32,000 nucleotides of DNA, from NCBI RefSeq assembly GCF_051201565.1, contig NZ_CP179200.1:1710001-1742000 (forward strand). Direction: 5' to 3'. Position 1 is the stretch's first letter; the number at the start of each line of letters is the position of its first letter. Under the pieces are notes generated by a model. It saw only the letters and a list, made by a program, of their open reading frames with translations, did no database searches and was not told the DNA's origin. Made by a program: the position numbers and the translations under genes. Of the stretch, positions 7,120 through 14,415 are shown piece after piece. Origin of the DNA: Pseudothioglobus sp. nBUS_23 (GTDB lineage Bacteria; Pseudomonadota; Gammaproteobacteria; PS1; Pseudothioglobaceae).

Positions 7120-8132
7120 CTATTTTTCAGACATTCTTGCAGACCCTCTGACCATGAGTGGGCCATCAATTTCAATTCTTCTTGCGGTTGTAGTCTTGTT
7201 CTCAATACTTTCAATTAATATTGAAACGGTTTCTGCTACCATTCGATTTGCAGGTTGACGAACAGTTGTTAGGTCGTAGGCTGGCCATGATGAAATGGGG
7301 ACATCATCATATCCAACAACAGAGACCTGCTCGGGGACTTTTAGTCCAAGCTCAAACCTAATTACATCTATCACTGCAATGGCCATTGCATCATTAGCAA
7401 TGAAAACTGCATCTGGATAATCTTTTTTGGTAAACATTTTTCTTGCAGCTTGTCTAGCTTCATCTGTATTAAAGTTGCCAACTTCGCGAGCATAGAGCTC
7501 TTGTCCATTTCTGGCTAGCTCATTTACGAATCCTTTTTCTCGATCTCGTTGCGTAGAAGCTCCTTCCCAACCCGCAATATATCCAATTTTCTTATGGCCC
7601 CCAGCCATAAGAAATCGTGCAACTTTCTGACCACCAAGCTCATTATCAGATGTGACTGCAGAGAACCTTTCATCATCTTGAGATCTATTAAATAGGACAA
7701 CAGGGACTCCAGCTGATCCACATCTTTTTGCCAAGTCAGAGGACATAGAAACAGATGCAGCAATAATTCCATCAACTTGATAGTCTAATATTTCATCAAC
7801 TGCATCCTCAATATCATCCTCAGTATTTCCAGCCATAAATATAAGAACGTGATATCCTTTCTTTTGAAGAGCACTGGATAGAAGCTCTAATGCCTCTGGA
7901 TAAAAATAATTATCAAGATAGGCCACAACAAGCCCAATAATTCTTGACTTTCCTGTTATCAATGAACGAGCAAGAACATTTGGCCTATAGCCAAGCTTTG
8001 CTGCCGCCTTACGAACTAATTCGTCTGTTTTTTTAGAAGATGACGCTCCAGGGTAAACACGCGAGAAACAGCAGACTGGCTAACACCGGCTAATTTAGCG
8101 ACCTCCAATGATGTAACTTTTTTATTTTCCAT
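7120..8132 (-). pseudogene. LacI-family transcriptional regulator, disrupted by a 1-nt frameshift between the HTH and effector domains
   Basis: ATG 8132-8130 overlaps the SDR stop as TAATG. It encodes MENKKVTSLEVAKLAGVSQSAVSRV, a LacI-type HTH, then reads on out of frame and terminates at TAG 8018-8016. A second frame, closed upstream by TAG 8082-8080, reads RVYPGASSSKKTDELVRKAAAKLGYRPNVLARSLITGKSRIIGLVV. That frame runs straight into the 280-aa effector-domain ORF (7120-7962). Confidence 0.75.
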
Positions 8133-8899
8133 TAGTCTGCAGTCCATCCTCCGTCTATCATCAAAGCAGAGCCAGTGATCATGCTAGATGCATCTGACGC
8201 AAGAAAGACCACTGCTCCCATCACATCCTCAACCTCTCCAACTCGACCTAGTTTAATCTTGTCTTCTATCCATTTTTTGCGATCCGGATTGTCAAATGTA
8301 GACTGTGTTAAGGGCGTTCGAATAAATGTTGGACAAATGGTATTCACTCTAATTTGATGCCTCCCCCACTCAATAGCCATTGCCTTTGTAAACCCCTCGA
8401 CAGCATGTTTTGAGGCCGCGTATACTGCTCGATCAACCCCGCCAACATGGCCCATTTGAGAAGATATATTAATCAACGATCCAGGCTTTTTTGCTTTAAT
8501 TAAAGCTTTTGCAATAGACTGTGTAAGGAAGTATGCTCCCTTAAGATTTACATCCATTACCGCCTCAAAATCTTCGGCGGATGTTTCTAACGAGGGAGTA
8601 TGTCGACCCAAGCCAGCACTATTAACCAAAACATCAAAAGGCTTTTGTTCTTTTAAAACAGTATCAATTGAGACTAAATCTGAGATATCAATCTGTAAAG
8701 TCTCTGCACTGAATCCTTTCATGATAATTGCCTCAGCTGCTTCACTTAAAGCTTTAATATTTCTTGAGGCTAAGACAACATCAGCTCCGGCCTCAGCCAG
8801 AGCAACTGCACATCCTAAGCCAATTCCTGATGAAGCGCCAGTTACTAACGCCCTAAGGCCATCCAGTCTTAATGAAGGCGTCTTAGGTAAATCAATCAT
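8132..8899 (-). CDS. Classical short-chain dehydrogenase/reductase (FabG-like)
   Basis: It has TGASSGIGLG (TGxxxGxG), NSAG and the catalytic YAASK (YxxxK). AAGGAG lies 9 nt upstream of the ATG. Confidence 0.9.
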   Translation of the reverse strand: MIDLPKTPSLRLDGLRALVTGASSGIGLGCAVALAEAGADVVLASRNIKALSEAAEAIIMKGFSAETLQIDISDLVSIDTVLKEQKPFDVLVNSAGLGRHTPSLETSAEDFEAVMDVNLKGAYFLTQSIAKALIKAKKPGSLINISSQMGHVGGVDRAVYAASKHAVEGFTKAMAIEWGRHQIRVNTICPTFIRTPLTQSTFDNPDRKKWIEDKIKLGRVGEVEDVMGAVVFLASDASSMITGSALMIDGGWTAD

Positions 8900-8953
8900 T
8901 TATTGCGCTCCTTGCTAACTACAAGGGCTTTATTGGTTGAGTGCAAACTAGAC

Positions 8954-10264
8954 TTATTGAGCAGCTTTACCATAGGGCACATCTTCACCACCATAACGCC
9001 TAACTCTTATGTTGGCCTGCTCTGCATGACCCACAAAAGACTCAAGCATACAGAGTCTTGAGCAGTATCTGCCAATCTTGACAGCTGCTTCATCCGTTGT
9101 AATTTTTTGGTAGCTATGTGTTTTAAGATACTTACCAACCCATAGACCGCCAGTGTAGCGCCCCGCTTTTTTTGTAGGAAGCGTATGGTTAGTTCCAATC
9201 ACCTTATCACCATTTGATACGTTAGTTCTTGGTCCTAAAAATAATGCACCATAAGAGTGCATATTTTCCAGGAACCAGTCATCTCGATCAGTCATTACTT
9301 GAACATGCTCAGAGGCAATCTCATTGGCAACCTCAAGCATTTCATCGTAGGTGTCACAAACAACAACCTCACCATACTCCTCCCAACTAACGCCAGCAGT
9401 ATCGGCTGTAGGAAGAATGGTGAGTATTCTATCAATTTCATTAAGAGTCTCATCTGCAAGATTTTGACTATTGGTTACAAGGACCGCTGGCGAGTTATAG
9501 CCATGCTCAGCCTGACCAAGAAGATCAGTTGCGCACAATTCAGCATCTACTGTCTCATCTGCAATCACCATAGTCTCTGTTGGACCAGCAAAAAGATCAA
9601 TTCCAACTCGTCCGAAGAGTTGTCTTTTAGCTTCAGCCACATATGCATTACCTGGACCGACCAGCATATCGACTGGGGCAATCGTTTCAGTGCCTAAGGC
9701 CATAGCACCAACAGCTTGAATGCCACCAATGACATAAATCTCATGAGCTCCACCAAGATGCATTGCAGCAATGACCGCTGCATTAGGCTGACCTTGATAG
9801 GGCGGAGTGCAAGCTACAATTCTAGGAACCTTTGCAACACTAGCTGTAACTACTGACATGTGTGCAGAGGCAACCATTGGGAACTTCCCTGCTGGCACAT
9901 AACAGCCTACTGACTGAACAGGAATATTTTTGTGTCCAAGAATAACTCCTGGCATTGTTTCAACTTCAATATCTTGCATCGAGTCTCTTTGAGCTTGTGC
10001 AAAGTTCCTCACTTGTTCTTGAGCAAACTTAATGTCTTTCATGTCTCTATCAGACACATTTGAAATAAGATTATCAATCTCAGCTGAGCTTAGTTTGTAT
10101 GATTTTGGTGAATAATTATCAAACTTTTCTGAGAACTCTCTAACAGCAGCATCACCTTTTTCTTCAATGACTTTTAAAGTATTTTTGACTACCTCACTTA
10201 CCTGAGCATCGTCGATTGCTTTATCTTCAGCAGTTTTTCCTTTTTTTAAATAATATATTGCCAT
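8954..10264 (-). CDS. Histidinol-dehydrogenase-family NAD-dependent alcohol-to-acid dehydrogenase (HisD paralog in a catabolic context)
   Basis: HisD signature residues are kept: GQAEHG (Zn Gln/His), ASEHVQV (catalytic Glu-His) and GTNHTLPT. Length is 436 aa. No other his genes are nearby. Confidence 0.8.
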   Translation of the reverse strand: MAIYYLKKGKTAEDKAIDDAQVSEVVKNTLKVIEEKGDAAVREFSEKFDNYSPKSYKLSSAEIDNLISNVSDRDMKDIKFAQEQVRNFAQAQRDSMQDIEVETMPGVILGHKNIPVQSVGCYVPAGKFPMVASAHMSVVTASVAKVPRIVACTPPYQGQPNAAVIAAMHLGGAHEIYVIGGIQAVGAMALGTETIAPVDMLVGPGNAYVAEAKRQLFGRVGIDLFAGPTETMVIADETVDAELCATDLLGQAEHGYNSPAVLVTNSQNLADETLNEIDRILTILPTADTAGVSWEEYGEVVVCDTYDEMLEVANEIASEHVQVMTDRDDWFLENMHSYGALFLGPRTNVSNGDKVIGTNHTLPTKKAGRYTGGLWVGKYLKTHSYQKITTDEAAVKIGRYCSRLCMLESFVGHAEQANIRVRRYGGEDVPYGKAAQ

Positions 10265-10275
10265 AGTAATTCCAA

Positions 10276-10761
10276 TTAATTAGGTTTGGGTGGTTCGGCC
10301 TCACCCCGATCAAAAGCCTCCCAACCCTGGCCATTAAAAACATCAACTCCAAGTTGGGCAAGAATACTTGGGAAATCTACATTGACCCAATTATCAACAA
10401 TGAGGCCATCTCTAACTTCCCAAAAATCTGTGTAATGAATTTTCACGCGCTTATTTGTAGGTTTAATGCCCATGAATTCTCCACTATGAACAGCATCGAT
10501 GTGCCCAAAACAAGAAGCCCATTCACCATCCACAAGAAACTTGTCTGTTTTATAGATTCTATCTGTAAAAGCTGCTCTTAAAGGGAGCTGCCAGTTGTTT
10601 CGAAACTCTTCAAGATTATTTTTTGTTCCACATCCTTGATTGCCCATCCATCGAAAATCTTTATGAAAATGCTTATCCATACTATTTGAATTAGCCCCTA
10701 AAGCCTCTTCCATTGCCTTGATTACTGCAAGGGTTTTTTGGGATTTTTCATCATAACTCAT
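10276..10761 (-). CDS. SnoaL-like ester cyclase / NTF2-fold protein (single domain)
   Basis: 161 aa. The C-terminal [26 protein letters not shown] is the typical SnoaL-family signature. Confidence 0.75.
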   Translation of the reverse strand: MSYDEKSQKTLAVIKAMEEALGANSNSMDKHFHKDFRWMGNQGCGTKNNLEEFRNNWQLPLRAAFTDRIYKTDKFLVDGEWASCFGHIDAVHSGEFMGIKPTNKRVKIHYTDFWEVRDGLIVDNWVNVDFPSILAQLGVDVFNGQGWEAFDRGEAEPPKPN

Positions 10762-10774
10762 AATATCTCTCTAA

Positions 10775-11827
10775 CTAGCTGTCTAGCATTTGTCCAGTTT
10801 CACTATCAAACAATAAGCATAAATTTGCAGAAATATTAGCCATAACCTTTGAACCTATATCAACGTGATAGTTTTTGTCAGACTTAATTGAAATCAATTC
10901 TCCTCCAGATTTGATGGATACCATTGTCATATCTCCAAGAAGCTCCATTGAAAATGCTGGAGCAGAAATAGCACCTTTTGACTTAACAATAACTGCATCC
11001 TCTGCTCTAAAACCAAGAGTCACATTGCCCTTGTGTTTTTTACTCAAACCATCAATCTTTACGCCTTCACACGTGAAAACACCATCCTTAATTGAGCCTT
11101 TCAATAGATTCATAGCTGGCGACCCAATAAAGCTTGCAACGAAACTATTGGCGGGTTTGTTGTATATTTCTTGAGGTGTTCCAACTTGCTGAACGATTCC
11201 AGCATTCATTACAACAACTCTGTCTGCCAAAGTCATTGCCTCTACCTGATCATGTGTCACATAAATAGTGGTAACTTTTAAACTGTGCTGTAAATTTTTT
11301 ATTTGTGCACGAGTAGAAACACGTAATTTAGCATCGAGATTTGATAATGGCTCATCCATCAAAAAAACTGTTGGCTCTCTTACAATTGCTCTTGCTAGTG
11401 CAACTCTTTGCCTTTGCCCTCCAGAGAGTTCTGCTGGTTTTCTGTGAAGAAAATCATTCAGTTCAACCATTTCAGAGGCCCTCATCACTTTCTCATCATG
11501 GAGAGATTTATCAATTTTTCTAACCTTTAAAGGAAAACGAATATTTTCATAAACTGTCATGTTGGGGTATAACGCATAAGATTGAAATACCATGGCAACA
11601 TCTCGGTCTTTTGGTTCAAGAGAGTTAACCACTTTTCCATCAATTAAAACCTCACCACTTGTAACATTCTCAAGGCCAGCAATCATTCTCATTGTCGTTG
11701 TCTTGCCACAACCTGAAGGCCCTAACAAAACTAAAAACTCTTCGTCAGGTATAGTAAGGTTAAAGTTATCTACACCGACAAAATTACCCCATCGTTTTGT
11801 AAGATTTTTTAATTCAATTTCTGCCAT
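10775..11827 (-). CDS. ABC transporter ATP-binding protein, MalK/UgpC/MsmK type
   Basis: It has Walker A GPSGCGKTT, the signature LSGGQRQRVALARA, Walker B FLMDEPLSNLD, an H-loop in TTIYVTHD, and a C-terminal MalK-like regulatory/TOBE region. Confidence 0.95.
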   Translation of the reverse strand: MAEIELKNLTKRWGNFVGVDNFNLTIPDEEFLVLLGPSGCGKTTTMRMIAGLENVTSGEVLIDGKVVNSLEPKDRDVAMVFQSYALYPNMTVYENIRFPLKVRKIDKSLHDEKVMRASEMVELNDFLHRKPAELSGGQRQRVALARAIVREPTVFLMDEPLSNLDAKLRVSTRAQIKNLQHSLKVTTIYVTHDQVEAMTLADRVVVMNAGIVQQVGTPQEIYNKPANSFVASFIGSPAMNLLKGSIKDGVFTCEGVKIDGLSKKHKGNVTLGFRAEDAVIVKSKGAISAPAFSMELLGDMTMVSIKSGGELISIKSDKNYHVDIGSKVMANISANLCLLFDSETGQMLDS

Positions 11828-11876
11828 AATATTCTTGTGTAAACTAATTCTTATAAATTAAGGAATGTAAGCAAAA

Positions 11877-11890
11877 TGCATACGATTGCA
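11877..11890. promoter_or_regulatory. Putative LacI-family operator O1-B (TGCATACGATTGCA)
   Basis: An exact copy of the 1460-1473 motif; the identity extends to 15 nt. On the minus strand it sits 4 nt downstream of an extended -10. It lies in the divergent gap between the ABC ATPase and BKACE genes. Confidence 0.55.
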
Positions 11891-11894
11891 AAAT

Positions 11895-11903
11895 ATTATA
11901 GCA
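11895..11903 (-). promoter_or_regulatory. Extended -10 promoter element (TGCTATAAT) for the ATPase-led operon
   Basis: The minus strand reads TGCTATAAT, about 68 nt upstream of ATG 11827. Its register relative to the operator is the same as at 1478-1486. Confidence 0.5.
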
Positions 11904-11930
11904 CAAGGTTTTTTCTTTTAAAGGTAATGT

Positions 11931-11944
11931 TGCAATCCTATGCA
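11931..11944. promoter_or_regulatory. Putative auxiliary LacI-family operator O2-B (TGCAATCCTATGCA)
   Basis: It has one mismatch to the reverse complement of O1 (central CC instead of CG). Its centre is 54 bp from the O1-B centre and 79 nt upstream of the BKACE ATG. Confidence 0.45.
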
Positions 11945-11973
11945 AAAAAATTTACTAATTTAACTGATTTTTG

Positions 11974-12000
11974 ATTTGAATTTTGAAATAAAATTCAAAT
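11974..12000. promoter_or_regulatory. Perfect 11-bp inverted repeat (ATTTGAATTTT-GAAAT-AAAATTCAAAT) upstream of the BKACE gene
   Basis: The arms at 11974-11984 and 11990-12000 are exact reverse complements with a 5-nt spacer. The repeat ends 22 nt before ATG 12023, just upstream of the AAGGGGAG ribosome-binding site. Confidence 0.4.
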
Positions 12001-12022
12001 TTCTATTTAAGGGGAGAAGAAT

Positions 12023-12934
12023 ATGACAAACCTGCAACCATCGAGAGAAGTCTTTATTACTTGTGCTGTTACCGGCTCAGGTGACACAACTGGAAGATCT
12101 GATAAGGTTCCTATTACGCCGCAGCAAATAGCAGATTCTTGCATCGAAGCATCTGAAGCTGGTGCAGCAATTGTTCACATTCATGTTCGAGACCCTAAAA
12201 CAGGTGTCCCAGCTCGTGATCCTGATCTCTATAGTCAGGTGATCGAAATAATCAAGAAATCAAACGTTGACATGGTCATCAACTTTACTGCTGGAATGGG
12301 TGGTGATATTGTGTTTGGATCAGCTGAAAAGCCTTTTCCGCTCAATGAAGCTGGCACAGACATGGTTGGAGCTACAGAAAGACTGGAACATGTTCGGAAT
12401 CTTCTTCCAGAAATATGCACCATTGATTGTGGCACTATGAATTTTGGTCATGGTGATTATGTAATGACCAACACTTCGTCTGTTCTTCAAGAAATGGCTC
12501 GTCAGGTTCAAGCACTTGGTGTCAGACCAGAGATTGAGTGTTTTGATACGGGTCACTTACAACTGGCAATATGGCTTAAGAACCAAGGACTAATTGATGA
12601 TCCAGTCATGATTCAGCTCTGCATGGGAATCCCCTGGGGCGCTCCAGATGATATGCATACCTTCTTAGCGATGACTTCAAGTATCCCCAAAGATTGGACT
12701 TTTTCAGCCTTTTCAATTAGTAGAAACCAGTTACCTTTTGTCGCAATGGCAGTTCTTGCAGGTGGCAATATACGTGTTGGCTTGGAAGATAATATATATC
12801 TAAAGAAAGGAGTTCTCGCTACGAACGGTGATCTTGTTAAAAAGGCAGTTCAAACTGCTGAAGGAATGGGGTGCACTATACTCGGTCCTGAGCAAGTTCG
12901 TAAAAACTTAAAATTAGAAAAGCGCTGGGGTTAA
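12023..12934 (+). CDS. BKACE-family beta-keto acid cleavage enzyme (DUF849), probable 3-dehydrocarnitine cleavage enzyme
   Basis: The N-terminal pattern VFITCAVTGSG...PITPQQIADSCIEASEAGAAIVHIHVRDPKTGVP matches the Kce/BKACE TIM-barrel signature, with HxH as Zn ligands. It lies directly upstream of a carnitine dehydrogenase with a 2-nt gap. Confidence 0.8.
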   Translation: MTNLQPSREVFITCAVTGSGDTTGRSDKVPITPQQIADSCIEASEAGAAIVHIHVRDPKTGVPARDPDLYSQVIEIIKKSNVDMVINFTAGMGGDIVFGSAEKPFPLNEAGTDMVGATERLEHVRNLLPEICTIDCGTMNFGHGDYVMTNTSSVLQEMARQVQALGVRPEIECFDTGHLQLAIWLKNQGLIDDPVMIQLCMGIPWGAPDDMHTFLAMTSSIPKDWTFSAFSISRNQLPFVAMAVLAGGNIRVGLEDNIYLKKGVLATNGDLVKKAVQTAEGMGCTILGPEQVRKNLKLEKRWG

Positions 12935-12936
12935 GT

Positions 12937-14415
12937 ATGGCTCAGATAAAGTCTGCAGGTGTTATTGGAGCGGGCGTTATTGGAAGCGGATGGATAGCTC
13001 GTCTTCTTCTAAATGGTGTTAATGTTTGTGTCTTTGACCCTTCAAAAGAAGCCCCTAAAAACGTTGACAAAGTTATTCAAAATGCTGAAAGAGCATACAA
13101 AAACTTACTCAAGTCAAAGCTCCCTGAGAAAGGAAATCTTACATTTGCAAAAACTATTACTGATGTTTCTAAGTCTTCAGAATTAATAATTGAAGCAGTT
13201 CCGGAAAGACTTTCTGCAAAACAATCTGTTTATGATGAAATTGAGTCTAATGGCTCTAAAGATTTAATTATAACTTCATCCACTTCAGGAATACTGCCCT
13301 CAGATCTGCAGTCAGAAATGAAACATCCAGAGAGGCTGATAGTTGCACATCCATTTAATCCAGTCTATCTATTGCCACTAGTAGAGCTAGTGGGTGGAAA
13401 GCAAACAGCTCACGAAGTGATTGACAAAGCTTCAACTATTTTTACTCATATTGGCATGTTTCCTCTTCAAATTAAAAAAGAGATACCTGCCTTTATTGCT
13501 GACAGACTTCTTGAATCAGTTTGGAGAGAAGCTTTATGGCTGGTTAATGATAATGTTGCTACAACAGAAGAAATTGATGATGCAATTCGCTATGGTTTTG
13601 GCTTAAGATGGGCTCAAATGGGTCTTTTTGAAACTTACAGACTGGCTGGTGGTGAGGCTGGAATGCGACACTTCATTTCTCAATTTGGTCCTTGTCTTGA
13701 ATGGCCCTGGACCCATCTAATGGATGTCCCAGAGTTCACTGATGAACTCGTTGACAAGGTCTCCAGCCAATCTGATGCTCAATCTGGGCAATACAGCATT
13801 GATGAACTAATGCAGAAGCGTGATGACAACTTGGTTGATTTTTTGAAAGCTCTAAAAGAGAATCGATGGGGTGCTGGAAATCTATTAAAAGAATACGATG
13901 AGGCTCTATCAAACGCAGCGAATAAACTAGAGTTTTCAGAGCTTGATCTATCTCAACCTATTGATACTTATTCGACTCACATACCCAAAGAGTGGGCCGA
14001 TTATAATGGCCACATGACTGAAGCGAGATACCTTGATTGCTTTTCAGAGGCAACAACGGAGTTAATGTCGATTATTGGCGCTGATGAAGAATATATTGCT
14101 AAAGTTGGCTCCTACTTTACAGTTGAAACACACATCAGGCACTTAGATGAAGTATTAATAGGCGAACGAATCTACTCCAAAACGCAAGTGATTTATGGTC
14201 AGAACAAAAAACTTCACCTCTTTCATTGGCTCCATCATAATGATGGAAGGCTCCTTGCAACAGCGGAACATATGTTGATTCATGTTGACCTAAAAACGCG
14301 CGGTGCTAGTATGCCTAGCGATCTAGTAATGGATAGAATGGAGCGCATTTATAACGCGCATAAAAATTTACCTAAACCAGAAGGAATAAGCCGGGCAGTC
14401 GGGGATAAAGTCTAA
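12937..14415 (+). CDS. lcdH: L-carnitine 3-dehydrogenase fused to a C-terminal hotdog (4HBT-type) thioesterase domain
   Basis: The N-terminal two thirds have the Rossmann motif GVIGAGVIGSGWIARL plus AHPFNPVYLLPLVELVGG, ADRLLESVWREALWLV and GLRWAQMGLFETYRLAGGEAGMRHFISQFGP, all characteristic of carnitine dehydrogenases. The last 150 aa or so (WADYNGHMTEARYLDCFSEAT...YFTVETHIRHLDEV) look like a YbgC/4HBT thioesterase. Confidence 0.85.
   Translation: MAQIKSAGVIGAGVIGSGWIARLLLNGVNVCVFDPSKEAPKNVDKVIQNAERAYKNLLKSKLPEKGNLTFAKTITDVSKSSELIIEAVPERLSAKQSVYDEIESNGSKDLIITSSTSGILPSDLQSEMKHPERLIVAHPFNPVYLLPLVELVGGKQTAHEVIDKASTIFTHIGMFPLQIKKEIPAFIADRLLESVWREALWLVNDNVATTEEIDDAIRYGFGLRWAQMGLFETYRLAGGEAGMRHFISQFGPCLEWPWTHLMDVPEFTDELVDKVSSQSDAQSGQYSIDELMQKRDDNLVDFLKALKENRWGAGNLLKEYDEALSNAANKLEFSELDLSQPIDTYSTHIPKEWADYNGHMTEARYLDCFSEATTELMSIIGADEEYIAKVGSYFTVETHIRHLDEVLIGERIYSKTQVIYGQNKKLHLFHWLHHNDGRLLATAEHMLIHVDLKTRGASMPSDLVMDRMERIYNAHKNLPKPEGISRAVGDKV

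Noticed and set aside
7120-7962. Treating the 280-aa ORF as an intact stand-alone regulator or sugar-binding protein.
   Set aside because: The missing LacI HTH is clearly present upstream in two other reading-frame segments. The simplest reading is one gene with a frameshift.
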